Both the position numbers and the translations under genes were made by a program. From Azolla caroliniana (taxonomy: Eukaryota > Plantae > Polypodiophyta): 64,000 bases of DNA. Every line of letters starts with the position of its first letter. The first letter of the stretch is position 1. The notes beneath the pieces are model-generated. The model had not been told where the DNA came from. It searched no databases and was given only the letters and a program-made list of their open reading frames with translations. The stretch covers positions 18,290,001 to 18,354,000 of the forward strand of contig JBHGNT010000008.1 in assembly GCA_043228905.1 (NCBI GenBank), written 5' to 3'. Positions 1 through 13,944 of this stretch are shown here, one piece after another.

Positions 1-2746
1 CAAAGTAGTCCACCCATTTTCGACTAGTGGACCTCTTGATGATTCGGGGTTGGTTGGGGTGGTGTCGGCTCGGTCGATTTTGATTGTTTGTCGAATGACC
101 GATTCGGCCCAATAGGTCAGTCTTTCTACGACCTCTTTGTTAGTTTCGAAAGAGATCTTTTTGCCCATTATTGTTTGATGGTTCTGTTCAGATAAGAGAA
201 TAGAGTCTTCATTGAAGACGACATCATTGCTCGGGATCAACTTCCAATTCTTTGGGTCCCATAGTCGATAGTCGAATTCCCCATCAGTTCCATAACCGAG
301 AAATATGCATTTTGTTGCATGGGGTGCCAACTTGGTCCTTTTCTCCCTGGGGATGAATGCATAGGCTTCGTATCCGAATATACAAAGACTGTCATAGGTC
401 GGATCTTTGCCTAACCATAGTGCCTATGGCCCTTCGAGCCTAATTGACTTTGATGACGATCGATTTATCAGGTAAACTGCCATCTCCAATGCTTTGGCCC
501 AGAACTCCAGCTTTAGTTCGACTTGTTGGAGCATTGCCGTTATCTTCTCTTGGATCGTTCATTTTGCCACTCCATTCTACATGGGTGTGTATGGAACGGT
601 CTTTTGATGCGGGATCCCTTTGTTGGATAGGTATTGTTTGAAGGCTTTGGAGGTGTATTCACCACCATTGTCGGATCATAGTGTCTTCACTTTGTATCCC
701 GACTGGTTCTCCACTTTAGCTATCCACCGAGTGAAGACCTCGAGTGCTTCTTCTTTCGACCTAATCGAGTAGGCCCAAACCTTCCGTGCAAAGTCCTCTA
801 CAAATGTGATGAAGTATCAAGAGCCTCCTAATGATCGCTCAAGCATAGGCCCCCATATAGCTGTGTGCACGAGCTCTAGGGGTTGTCATACCGTCTCGTA
901 GAGGAGAGAATGCAGACTTCGGGTCTATTTCCCGTATCGACAACGCTCACAGAAGTCCTTCTTGATCGGGATTTTTGGGATATAGCTGACTGCCATTAGC
1001 CGATCGAGTTCGGCTTGAGACATATGGCGAGCCGACCATGCCATAGGTTCATGGCCGTCTTTTCGGCTACGTTCACGGCCCATTCTGGATTGATCGTCAT
1101 CATTGGGTACAAGTTGTTGTACTTGTGCCCTCTTCCAATTCTTAGGTTTCCGTCGTTGATCATCCATGCCGACTCATTGAGAGTCGTTCGGTACTTGTCT
1201 TCGGCTAACATGTCGATGGAGACCAAAATTCTCTTTAGATCGGGTATGTGCCAAACTTGGTGTAGGGTGATCATGTTGCCATTCGGTAGTTGGATGGGGA
1301 TCTCTCTGTCTCTGTGATTATGCACTCCTGCTCGTTGCCGAGTCGGACTATGCCATTGGCTTCGACTGAATAGTTCAAAAACCATTCGATGTTCGGGGTC
1401 ACATGGAATGTGGCACCAAAATCTAGTAACCACATATGTGCGTTGTGCACTGTAGAGGACTTCTCGGATAATTGAGTCCTCCAAGGAGAGGATTTCTCCG
1501 GATCGGGTGTCGGCAACATTGACTTGGTTGCCGACTGGAGAGTGGTTGAGTCAGATCGTCCTCGATTCCACTAAGATAGTCAACCACTCTCTTTCCTCTT
1601 GATCGACCAACAATCAGAAACATTATGCCTAGCTTTTTTGTAATGGGTGCAGAATTCGCCTGATCGACTCATTCTCGACTTCTATCGTTGTCGCTCTCCC
1701 CTCATTTTCGACCGATTGGTGTTCTGACCGGTTCTATCGGCTTGTTCTCTCAATCGACTCGGTTAAGTGGTGGGTTTTTTCCGACTCGTCGATGGTGAGT
1801 CCCATCGATTTTCGCCTAATATGCTTAGTGAGGACTTGGCCGACTATTTCCTCTAGATTTAGATTTGGTTGGTTGTAGGAAAATGTCGTGCAAAATACCT
1901 CCCAACTCACCGGCAAGCTCGATAGGAGGGGAAGGGCTTTAACTTCTTCTTCAAAGTTAATCCCTTGGGAGGAAAGTTCAGACAACACCCGACTGAAGGT
2001 GTTGATGTGGGAGGTGGCTGGATCGGCTTCTCTCATCTTCATGTTGAACAATTGTTTGATTAGTATCAATTTCGAAGATGAGGACTTCTTTTTGTACACA
2101 GCCTGCAACTTCTCCCATAATGAGAATGTTGTTGTCTCCTTGGCCAGGTTGAAGTAGACGTTTTCAGCTAGATGCATTCGGATGGTGGAGCGTGCGATTT
2201 CGTCTATGGATCTCCACTATTCGGCTATCATCGAAGTAGGTTTTTCACTGTGTCGAATGGCTTTGACCTATCTTCTGATGATCAACACATCTCACATCAT
2301 CTCCTTCCACAAGGCAAAGTTTTTGCCATCGAACTTTGGGATTTCAACTCTTGTACCAGATGTTGAAGCCATGTTCTTTTTGAGAAATGAGATTTTACTG
2401 ACCTTGTCTTTTCTTTTAGCTTTCTCTGCTGTTTTGTTGCCATTGAACAATGATTCACTTTGATACCACTTGTGGGAGTTGGTGTATGATATGTATGCGG
2501 AATTATGTGAGGACTTGTCAGTTATGTGCACAACAAACAACACAAGAGATAGATGCAAACGTAGACACAATTTGAAGCTCTAATGGAAGCTCCCATTATT
2601 CTGTAACTCTTACACTCTTAGAGACTCAAGATACAAGAAGAAAAATGTTACAATGTTAGGGTTGAGCTTATATACTCAAGCCCTAGTTCAAGGACATGTT
2701 CACACTTAGGATACAAAGTGGAAGGAGTCGGCCTTTTATGCCAATA
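1..2746 (-). mobile_element. Ty1/Copia LTR retrotransposon, 5' part (LTR-PBS-gag-PR-INT), degenerate; runs off the left edge
   Basis: Gag 'VEIPKFDGKNFALWK' and UBN2-like 1734-2177. Protease-like 'WLLDFGATFH', GAG-pre-integrase 'LWHGRL', integrase remnants below 1 kb. Met PBS (TGGTATCA, minus strand) at ~2456-2468. Many stops and frameshifts. Confidence 0.9.
2471..2746 (-). repeat. 5' LTR of the Copia element (~276 bp)
   Basis: Begins next to the PBS and ends 'gagtcggccttttatgccaata'. The same terminus occurs at 20633-20653 next to a PPT. Confidence 0.75.
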
Positions 2747-3429
2747 TAAGCACCCTCCTCTCTCCCTTTGTAATGTTGGTTATCATTCTTGTTCTTGTGA
2801 ATATACAATTTGTATTCTGTTCCTACCTTGAGTCCCTCTTCTCTTTTCTCTCATACACACACAAATCTCTAATCTGTTTCCACACTATGTAATCACACAC
2901 TCGATTATTTACAAGATGTCATATGTCAATACGAGTGCATGGAGAAGATAGTAGTGGATAGGGGAAAGTTGAATCCTAATGAAGCTAGCCTAGAGCTTTT
3001 TGAGTGGTTAGAAGTAAAACTTTCCCTTATAGCAACGTAGAATCTAGAGGCCAATGGAAAAATGGAGAGTGGCCATAATCCAATCATTAAAGATCTTGTC
3101 AAATCATGTGTGGGGAGAGTAGGTGATAGAAGCACTATCCATACAACAATGATGCTCATTGAGGAGAAAATTACCTCTTGGAAAATAATGCGATGGGAAG
3201 ATGATAAGCCTTGTTGGGACCAAGATAAGGCAGCTCGAGAGGTAACTTGAAGACATGGAATTGGCAATAGAGGGCTGAAGATAACTATGGTCAAGAACAA
3301 GGGAAGATTTGACAAGAGCCATCGGCTGCAATGAGACTGCAACCTTGGAAGATCAAGGAAGAAAATGGGGCACTTGTGTACAAAAATAGTCTCAATAACA
3401 AAAATAGTTCCATGTAAAAATATGTGGTC

Positions 3430-4150
3430 ACCAAAGAGAATGATAATACCACCTACTACATTGTTGAGTTAGATGGGATAGGTTTGCAATATTAATATGA
3501 AGGTCCAAAAGTTGAAAGCCTCAAGGATGGTGACAAGCAAGAATTAGAAGGTGAAGGGAGAAAAGACTTATTACCATCAACCCCACTATTCTTGGAACAA
3601 ACTAGAGGATGTGATGGTTTGGTGGGGGTGGATGTCATGATGTGGAGTTCATATTTGGGAAAGCACATAAAACGGGAGAGGGTGCCTAGGATTCTAGGTT
3701 TTTGTCTTCCCGGGTGAAAAGAAGGGGTTCCTTCTTTCTTTGGGCTCCTTCTTTCTTTTGGGTTGTGCGATTCGGTAAAGGAATGTCGGGGTCTTGAGGA
3801 GAGGAAAAGAGACGAGTTTAGGGTTTAGGGTTTGGTGTGTTTCTTCTTCTTCTCTTCATCCTTGTATTCTGCGTGGGTATTAGTGAGGCTGCCATTGTGA
3901 GAGTTTAGTTCAACTGAACCTTGATTTAGGTTTTCTTAGTTAGTTATTGTGGAGGATTGCAAGAGGATTGCAAGGAGTTACTCAAAGAGGAGAAGACGAA
4001 AAATAAGGCGTCGAAAGCTACATTGACAAAAGGCAACGATAGGCAGTTTATTGAGAGCTTGAGTCACCAAACTAAGGATATCTTGTCAATCCATCTCTCT
4101 ATATTCTCACCTTAGATTATTTCACCCTACGTTAAAAGGGTCTTTTGGTT
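3430..4150. repeat. Dispersed repeat, degraded Gypsy 3' end; second copy at ~14417-15170
   Basis: Long colinear similarity between the copies ('cattgttgagttagatggga', 'gtgatggtttggtgggggtggatgtcatgatgtggagttcat', 'ccaaactaaggatatcttgtcaatccatctctcta'). Translation 'NDNTTYYIVELDG' resembles the integrase tail 'NDNVTYHLAELDG' at ~30.6 kb. Confidence 0.65.
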
Positions 4151-4668
4151 GTAATTGAAAGTGGATAGGGTTTAATCTCGCATTCTTAAACCTATTATAA
4201 TCCATTTTGTTTTGTTAACCAAATCTACTCTCTTGATTCATCATGTGATTGTGTTAAATGGCTGAGAGAGAGATTCAGTTGAGGACTCCGTCTATATCGC
4301 CAAATTCATGGGAGGGCTTGCAAAAAGAAGGGATGTGAACGCATGAGCTTGACATGTGAGGCCAAGTGCAATGAGAGCCCACAAACCTAGTGTGCGAGCC
4401 AAATGTATGAGACCAGCATATGAGGCCAAAGCACAGTGAGAAACCACAAACGCAATGTGTGAGCCAAATGCGTGAGCTTGAACTTGTGAATCAAACACAC
4501 AAACGACACCACATGAAGCTGAATGCACCACACAAATATTGCAACCACATTGCACAAAATCATAGAACGTAATATTCGTGTTCGTGCAAGCATTCCAACA
4601 TTTGGAAACGAACACGTTTGAAATGGGAAAAATACGTGGTCCTCTTTTCTCATTTATTGTTATTACAA

Positions 4669-5140
4669 TTTAGCTCACCCTAGTGGTAAGGAGTCATGCT
4701 ATTGTTGTCTATGTCTTGGGTTTGATTTCCAATTTTCTCATCTCTTTCTCTCTCTCTCTCTCATTAGTACCATGTCATAGCAAAATTTTATGTTTATGGT
4801 ATAATATTTGTTTATGTCTTTATTATTACAACTAAGCACAACCTAGTGGTAAGTTGTTGTGCTATTATTACTTGTGTCTTGGGTTCAATTCACAACTTAC
4901 TCGTATCCTCTTGTTCGTGTCTTGTTCCTTTTTCTTCTTTTTCTTTCTTTCTTTCTTATTAGAAATTAGCTCACCCGAGTGGTAAGTTGTTATGCTACTA
5001 GTGCCTATGCCATGTTTTCTTCATATTCTCGAATATACGTTTTATGAGTTTTTGATCGTTTCTTTTTTTCTTTCTTTGTTATTAGAAATTAGGTCACCCT
5101 AGTGGTAAGTTGTTATGCTACTACTGCCTATGTCATGTTT
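4669..5140 (+). repeat. Four degenerate tRNA-head-like repeats (SINE-like or LTR-derived)
   Basis: Repeated '(ttagctcaccc)tagtggtaag...tgcta'. Copy 2 has an A-box-like motif at ~4839 and B-box GGTTCAATTC at 4882. Copies 3 and 4 form a ~124-bp tandem pair without a B box. Confidence 0.5.
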
Positions 5141-5659
5141 TCTTCATATTCTCGAATATACATTTTATGAGTTTTTGAACGTTTCATTATAATTTATAAT
5201 GACATATTTTGATTCAATCTCTATAGTTCATACTCATTTTTTTGTAAAGTTCTAAAGTGAGGATGATAGAGATGTCTTGATTTGCATCCCAAAAGTATGC
5301 ATGTGATACAATGCAAATATTGCAACCATACTTATGTTGGTGGTTCATAATGGATTAGAGTCCACTTATTAGGATTGTGAGTGAATCAATATGTATATAA
5401 TATAGACCCTAGTCAATCCAATCCAACTTGTCAATCCAATCCAACTTTGAGATGATTTACCATACACGTTTGATTGAATCATTCTCAAATGTGAATGCAC
5501 GTATGATACGTATGGTTCATTCTATGCACAAAATTGTAGTTTGTATGAAGAAAAACACACCCCTTGAAAACGAGCGCACTTGATGAGAGTGAGGACAATG
5601 GTGAACGTACGACACAAAGGCGAATATTGTCACAAAAATGTGTGCATGAGTGTGCTATT

Positions 5660-6304
5660 TGTTAGGAATATGTCCCTCCAGTGGGAGGAGCCGACTAATC
5701 AGGCCGAGTGCAGAAAGTCGAAGACAAGATGCAATCGACTGGTCGAATGAGAGCCGACAGTCGAGGAGTCGACTCTGAGAGAGTTGACATGGAGAGTTGA
5801 CAAGTTGATTGAGGTCAAAGACACGACCAGCTAGTCGGGCCGACCGGATGAGTTGGACTAGTTGGACCGACCTAACAGTCGACGGATGAGTTGGCTGATT
5901 AGTAAGACTATTATTAAGACTGGATAATAATAGGAATGACAACATACATGGTATAAGTATAAATACACTTAGGGCAAACATAGTGAAATATGTGCATAGA
6001 ACAGAAAGTGGTGTGCGTGTAGTAGACATGTAGCTAAGCACGAGAGAGAGAGTGAGAGGGCGGCGCCATAGTTGTTTTTTTGTAACAGTAGGCGCCAAGA
6101 GTTTTCTATGGCTGATACACTCGACCGAAAGGGTGTTGTAATCTTCTCTATTGTATATCCACTGTATATTGAAGTCTTTGTTCTCCGTGGTTTTCTCCCG
6201 TTGAAGGGTTTCCACGTTAAATATGTGTGCATTGTTGTCTGTGTTTCCAAGTTGTGTATTTCAGTGTATTCCTTTCTTGTGGATTGATGATTCGATTCTC
6301 ATCA
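5660..6304 (+). mobile_element. Solo LTR (Copia-type), 645 bp
   Basis: TG...CA ends, 5-bp TSD CTATT (5655-5659 and 6305-6309). Copia-type U5 motif 'ccgtggttttctccc...gggtttccac'. No adjacent PBS or PPT. Confidence 0.85.
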
Positions 6305-8559
6305 CTATTTGAGTGGGTTCACTGGGACTTGAACAAAGGAAGATGACTTTGTTGAGGAAGGATTGTGGGTGATGATATTTTGATGTACTTTCTTGATTGG
6401 CGCAGATACACCATGATTGTGGTCCCCTTTGCTCTCCTCAGAGGGCGTAAATGGGTATTTGGTCCCCTTTGAAATCTACGAAGTGGGAAAGGACTTCCTC
6501 TTCTCTTGTGTACTCCAGGTAAGGGTCTTCATTCCCAAGCACACTCCCCCCAACCTATGACATGGCTACACAATGTTATGGACAATATTGTTGTAGCACC
6601 TCCAACCCTACCTACCCTTCCTTTTCCCACTTATGACATGGATACCCAGACTTTAAAAGAGGAAGAGGATACATTGGTACAATGACTCCGGAAGATTCCA
6701 CGACAACATTGTCCTGCCCCTTGACAAGAATATGACCGAACCGTGTACCACGGTGTTGACTACCATGGCTACACCGTGCATCCCTATAGTCATTGTTAAC
6801 AACCTTTGGACCAACCCAAAGGACATTGGCGAATTAGTCAAGATGCCCACGATGATACACAAGTGGTTAGCACCTCTCCACAGAGTAGTCACCAAGACCA
6901 AGAGGAGGTACACTAACTTGTACAACATAATGTTGATCTTCAAAATAAACTTTGCACTACGCAAGAATTTATGGCGCGCACGAGGGAGCATACCAAGTGC
7001 AACATCAAATTTGTATCAACCTCACCACTTAGCTCTAGGAAGCCACTTGACACCACACCGAAATGCAAGTTGCATGACAACAACTTGAGACTGCCCTCCA
7101 ACTCACAAAGGAGCAATGGTAGCACAGATTAAAAAACTGATCCAAGCACACAACGGACTCTCAGTTGAATTTGTCAAATTAACAAGAACGTCCTAAGAAG
7201 TTGAGCGCACACATAGAAAAAGGGCAAGGTGCTCACCTCTAAATTAGATGTCACCCAAGATGAGTTCACTCAAAAACCACGCGAACTCGCTCAGGTTACG
7301 AGCCAAGTCAAAGCTCTCCAGGTGAATGCCACCGCACTCAAAGCCGAACGTAACACCCTACACAAAAAAGTGGTGGATGTCACAAATCGTAACGAGCATC
7401 TCCATCGCTTCCTACCGCAACGAGTACAAAGAACTTGAAAAGAATGTACGAATATTGTGCACAACCAAGGCAACAATGGGGCAACACTTTGTGATACCCC
7501 TTGCAACTGTCACAATGACACTGACCCCTAAGGACTCCCCCCCCCACCACATTCACCTTGAGTGAACCCCTAACTCCCACATGACCCCTCACATCCACAT
7601 ATGGATCGTGCATTAATAATCTGCTTGGATTCCATATCCCAATTACTAGAGTTGTTCACTGCCGCCTCCATCCATGCTCTCGTCGTTGACATCATCCCCT
7701 CCATCTGCTATCCTATTCCCACCCTCATTGAATTCAATATTCCAGACCCCCACCACCCTATGTTTGGTCAAGACACCACCAACATAACACCCACTATTCG
7801 TTTCCCCCCGTTGTGATGTGGGGAGCACATATGAGAAAATAAATTGACATAGGAATATTAAAAAAGTTGAAAGATAGACTCAAGGTGTGATGAAAAAGAC
7901 ATACTTTGAAATAGAGTTAAATACAACAAATAAACAAGAATCAAGCATCAAAAGGAAAAGTAGAATATGTAAATGGGAAACAAAGCAATGTGCGCACTAA
8001 AATAAGAAAGCACCTACTAGCTTTATTCAAGGGAGAGCCTCTTTCATCGTATACAAGGGTGAAGAGAACACATACAAAGGTGGGGGAAGAAATGGAGAGA
8101 CGTGGAAGCTTTGCTGAATTGATAAGCAAAGATTCTTGAGTAGTGAATCACGAGGGCGTGTAAGACCAGGTTCGACAAAAGGTGACACGGCCATTGATCA
8201 TTGGGACATTGCAACAAAACTCTAGGATTTCCCCCATAAGCTCTACTCGTGATCTTGTTTCTTTGATTATTCTTTTCCTTCTTCATCATCATCTCTTCTC
8301 CACAATATATTTGCTATCTCAGGGTTCTCCTTTATGAAATTTAGAGTTTTTAGTTTTTGATTTATTTCCAAAAAATTACTATCGTTGTAATTGTTTACCC
8401 TAAAAAACTTGTAATCCCTATTTTGTAATGGGAATTCTTTCTTAATCCAACGATTTTGGACTTATTGTAAAATCCATTCATAATCTCATGGCCTTTAGGT
8501 AATTACATGTTTCAATCTTAATCTCACACAGAATTCGTCGTTCGGCTCATCGTTACCTT

Positions 8560-9010
8560 CAAGTCTGACAAGCCTTCGACACTATAAAGCATTCAACTCT
8601 AACTTGCCTTCAATTTTGACCTACCGTCGACTCTATACACCCTTCAACTTTGGCCTAACTTCGACTTTACAAAGGTGTCCACTCTAACCTATCTTCGACT
8701 TTGACTTGCCTTTAACACTATAGAGCCTTCGACTTTGACCTACCTTTAACTTTGCAGAGCATTCGACTTTGACCTACGTTCGGCACTACAAAGCCTTCAA
8801 CTTTGATCTACCTTTGATTTTGTAGAGCATTTGACTCCAACTTACCTTTGGCTCTCTAGTGTGTTTGACTTTGACCTATCTTCGACTCTAACTAACCTTT
8901 GACTCTTTAAATGCTTCAAGTCTCACCTTTCGACTATGACGAGCCTTCGCGTCTAACGATCTTTGGATTCCTAGGAGATTTCGACTCTTATGAACATTCG
9001 ACTCTTACGA
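8560..9010. repeat. Degenerate minisatellite (~19/38-bp unit 'ccttcgactttgacct')
   Basis: Many imperfect tandem copies visible directly. Confidence 0.75.
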
Positions 9011-10767
9011 GAATTCAAGTCACACATCCACTTTTGTTCAAGTCCAAGGTGTCCCTCTCAAGTAGCACACGTACACACGTAACTTCACGACATTCCACTT
9101 GATCCCACTAGAAATGCCATATCACCTCTACACAAGCCCAACTCCTACTCCCCAAGCCCTCACACTGCCCCCCATCCCCCACTTCACCACCTCACTCAGA
9201 CCCTCTTGACACCCACTAATGCACCCTCACACAGTTTGGTCGTGCCCTCACTTATGCCATCCTCTACAAAGCCCTTCCCATTCAACGATATGCTCACTCA
9301 TCTAATGTTGCATTAACAACTACCCCCACTAGTCTCGATCGCCAACCACCTCAACAAAATTATACACGCCTAGTTTAACACAATACAATTCTACATGGAT
9401 TTGGTGGATTGGTACCAACTCTTGACCATATTGAACATGACGAAGACTTGTAGTCGCTCTCAATGACCAATTTGCAAGCCTAATTTGATGGGATTTTGAT
9501 TTTTGTGAACTTACTTACTCACCCACTTGTACACCTACTATCCTAAGGTGGCATCTGAACCACCAGATAGCATCCTCCTCCCACATGGTCCACCACTACA
9601 ACCATCTCTGCATGAGGATCGTCCCACCCTACTAAATATCCCTTACACCACCTGGGTTACAATCGAAGGCACATGTTTTGATCTAGACGGGCTTGGTTGG
9701 GTTATGATGCAAGAGTTCAGGGACAATGATGAATTCCTTTAATAACTTGAAGGCATGTTAAGTATCAGACACGAGGTGTATCGGTTATGAAGGTCACGAC
9801 ACCAACAAGGACACCAAGCTCCATCAACCATAGGAAAAATAGGATAGAACAAACTAAAGAAGGACCAATGTAGCCTAACAAGCACCCTAGTGTGAAAGAG
9901 ACTTTCTTTCCCACGAGTTGAAGCGCAAGAGTTCAAGTCAAGCTTTGCTTGACTTAATGGATGCATCTTTGGGCTAAAAGAGGTGGAGTGTACCATTCCA
10001 CTACTACATTGTGCATCTGCAAACACGAGAGCTCAAAGACTATCCAATGTTGCATTAAGGTAATGAGATAAAAGATAAGTTCCTCTTTGTGGGAACCTAT
10101 TCAAATGACTAAAGGGGTAGTTGCTTCCATAACAACACTAGATGAATGCATTGGCTTGTCAATGGTCTCAATCGATATTGGTCTCAATATTTGGACAATT
10201 GGGATTTTATGTTTTTAGGTGAAGGAAGTGTCAATGAAATAACTTGTTGCTCTAGAATCTAGTAAAGCTAGTGAATTTATCAATTATATCCAAAACAAAG
10301 ATTTACTTTGAATGGAATACCTTTGGGGAATGAAGAAGAATGATATCGTATTCAACAATTCTTTTGTAGGAATAGTCTCCCATGCAAAAAAGCCTAGAAA
10401 TTGAAACCTTAATTTATATTTCCTATAGGGATGGTTGAAGAATTGAAATAACCAACCATAGAACTGTACAATCAGTTAGAGCTTGTTTGGTGGTTAATTG
10501 GCAAACTGGTGGGAGCACAATAAAAGTGGATACCACGAGTTGTTCGATTGTATGATATTGTCGTTTTCTTGGTGGGAGCCTTAAGTAATTGGGGACCCCA
10601 CCTTTTGGCATTGACAAATAAGATGGTTTGAGTTACCACAATAGAGGCATAGGCCAATTTTGTTAAATATACTTGAATAGAAGGTTATATAATGTTGATA
10701 GAAAAAGAGAATATAAAAGATGATACTAACATCAAATAAATACAATGTGCTTCATATTAATTGTCAA

Positions 10768-12741
10768 TTACAATATCATTATGCTATCTCTCATTTGTTT
10801 CTCTAGTTCTTTCATTGCATCTTGGCCTTGGATTCCATCGTCTGCCGCATCCTCTTTGGCAAATTCCTACATACACAGATAACATCCATCACAAACAAAG
10901 ACTTTTAGCAATATACCACATGAAGTCTTTTCTCACTAAACTTTATCAAAGGTGGGGGGATATAAGAAAGCCGAAAAATACAAGTTTCCCTAATGGCAAG
11001 AAGATATTAAGAAGTTGGCCTAACATTATACCTCTTCCACGTGGCCAAAGGAAATGTCAACCCAAGTTAACCAAACAATCCTCTAGATACATAGATAGGT
11101 AGGTACCTTTTTAATGTCCATATGAGACCCATTGCGATCTATGGGACAGGACCTAGCCCCTTGGAACCCAGGTTCGATCCAATGACACCCACCAGGTGCA
11201 AACATGGGTTCCAAGGGCGTGTAAACGTTCTGAAGACATCGTCCATGACTCAAGAAGATCTTGAGAATTCTGTTATGAGCATGTTGTGTGTACAAACCTC
11301 AAAATCTAAATGTCTAGATGAGGTCTCAAATCCTCTAACAAGTGCCACTCATGTGGAAACATGCAGCAAAGGTTAAGGCGATTGAGGAAGTTGAATACCT
11401 AGGGTGAAGACTAAGAAGCTATAGGATCATCACAAGTGACATGTTGTGGAATCATGCATAGAGAAAAGTCTTTAACAAGTTGTAAATCTATATAATTGTG
11501 ACCTTGTCTACAACTTCTTCTTGTGTGGATCCATGTAGGGGAAAACATTATATCACTCCAATGACACCATTACCTGTTGTATATTGAGTACAAAACTATT
11601 GATATTCTTCACTTTCCCATGCGGCCACCATGGAATGCCGTAGAATCGGCACCGTCTCTTTAGCACTCCATGGCCTACCTTAAGTTTCTTGGATGCTTCA
11701 TGGATAGGCATATCAAAGAACTGGGAGAGCATATTGAAGCTCAACTCCACCTTCTCTGAGTTTTGTCCTGTTATAGCGGGCCCGAAATTATGAATTCCTT
11801 TTTCTCTTTCACGGTCGCCATCCTCAACCAAATCAAGATCTTTCATATCCACAGAAATACCATTTTCTTCTTGGCAATTCGCTCCAGTGGATCTTGTAGC
11901 CACCCCAATGTTTTGTGGTATCCCATCCACCAATGATGGGCTTGAAGTTGGTGACATTGTTGCCTGCCTCCAAATGGATGGCTCCAGATTGTGGATACTA
12001 AACGAACTTGATGTTGGTCTTCCACCTGCCCCAATCAACCATACTGTATAAATATCTAAGAATTCAAGGCATTTTCTTATATATTTTTTACTTCATACTT
12101 TCCCTGAGAATACATCACGTCTCCGATTTGAAGCCCAAAAGAAGTTTCAATAGGAGGCTTTGCATTCCATCATGGGGTGTCAAAATCTGATTATGAACCT
12201 TCAGAACTGTCCAATTATTCCAAACTTAATACTATACATTTATCGATATGCACCTTGGCCATTTTGTTATGGTTTTATTTTTGCTATCTTTCACAGCTTC
12301 AATTGAAGCTCAAAATGGGTTTCAAATAGAAGCTCAACAAAATACACATGCACAAATGACAGTAACTGCATTCGGATCCATCAAATCAATAACCATCTCA
12401 CGTACATATATGTGCATCGGTAAGGACCATATACAAATAATTGCATACCTCCGCTGATTACCATAGTTGCCTCATTGGTGCTGCTTCTTAAAGATGGTAA
12501 ATTGGACATTTGTGTCATGATTGGGTTAGCCAGCTCCAGATCCGATCCCCATTGTTGCCTTTTGGAAGGCTCCAAGTGTGTGCATTGGTTTGGGGTCTCA
12601 GTCATTCCTTGTGTATGTGAGCATACCAAGTCACCCATTGAGTCGTCATCGATAGACAAGGTCTTTGGGCTCTCCTTCATGTAGCTCTCCGCCAACACCA
12701 AGTCTTGTGCAGGCGATGGTGTAATGTGGAGATGGTGGTTT
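10768..12741 (-). CDS. RKD-type RWP-RK transcription factor, divergent and possibly a pseudogene. Exons 12741-12449, 12043-11574, 10866-10768; 5' end unresolved
   Basis: RWP-RK domain 'LSQFFDMPIHEASKKLKVGHGVLKRRCRFYGIPWWPHGKVKNI'. GT-AG junctions join in frame (ISG/VWLIG; NIQQ/EFAKED...AMKELEKQMR, stop at 10768). An intron right after the domain fits RKD genes. No PB1 domain seen. Confidence 0.75.
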
Positions 12742-13094
12742 CTAAAAGACAAAAAGATAACATTATTTTAGATCATTTGTCAAAGTCCCATTTGATTGAG
12801 AATGAGATTGAAGATATTATATTTATCCCTATCTCTGAGTACCAAGCCTTACATTTTATCTTAAGAGGATAAATTTAGAATTTTACTCTTCAAATCTTTC
12901 TACTGATGTGGTAAGATGCAGTTTATACTAGTTTAATTTCTCAGGTAGGAACTGGGAAATTCCCAAATGTTCTAAGATGGTATTCAAAGCCAAAGTAGAG
13001 ACAGAGACCTTTTGTATATGAGACATTTGTCCGATTTGAGAAAGAAGCATCTGCCCCAGCCATGGTCGACATGATGCGAGTGTGTCCACGCAAG

Positions 13095-13625
13095 GCATAT
13101 GTATGTGTATGTGTATGTGTATCACATGCATTACTGTACGTATGTGTGGATATGTAGGAAAGGGCCCGATTTCTCTCATGTTTCCCTCCAATGCTCAACA
13201 TTACATGAGCTTCTGCATCCTTGATACAGCATTGTGTGTGTATATGCATGCATGTATGTATGTATGCATGCGATGTGGGTATGTATTTATCGATGTATGG
13301 GATGTGGGTATGTATGTATGTGTGCACATAAATGTGTGAGTATGTGTGCATGCGTTCGTGTGTACCTCAACATTACATGAGCTTCTGCATCCTTGATACA
13401 GCATTGTGTGTGTATATGCATGCATGCATGCATGCATGTATGTATGTAGGTATGAATGCATGCATGTATGTATGTAGGTATGAATGCATGCATGTATGTA
13501 TGTATGTATGTATGTATGTATGCATGCATGCGATGTGGGTATGTATGTATGTACTTATACAACTGTGTATGTATGTATGTATGCACATAAATGTGTGAGT
13601 ATGTGTGCATGCGTTCGTGTGTACC
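13095..13625. repeat. Compound (TATG/CATG)n microsatellite with an internal ~170-bp duplication
   Basis: Read directly. 'ctcaacattacatgagcttctgcatccttgatacagc' occurs twice (~13194 and ~13366). Confidence 0.9.
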
Positions 13626-13944
13626 TGGAGATGTTTGCGTGTGTGCTGTGGTAGACGTTGAGGATAGGTTTCCGTTGCTTTCTTCCTACCATTTTCTTCA
13701 CGATTTGCTCCACGCAACACTAACACTCAGTCCCCTTCTCGCAGCTGCGGGATGAAAGTGGGTTAGGAGCATAGACATGGGCCATCATAGAAGCAAACAA
13801 ACACACTCAAAAGGGTATGATTATTATATAAGATTTAGCTTAAGCTTAATCAGCTTCCTAGGCAGGAGATTTGCAGAGATTATTAGGAAGATCTGGACAG
13901 ATTATATACCTATTGACTAGATTACTTAAAAATGATAACACCAC

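Noticed and set aside
8560-9010. CRISPR-like array
   Set aside because: The units are degenerate with no unique spacers and no cas genes, in a eukaryotic context. It is a minisatellite.
12928-13726. His/Met/Cys/Tyr-rich ORFs
   Set aside because: They are translations of the TATG/CATG microsatellite. No in-phase ATG exon for the RKD gene could be supported.
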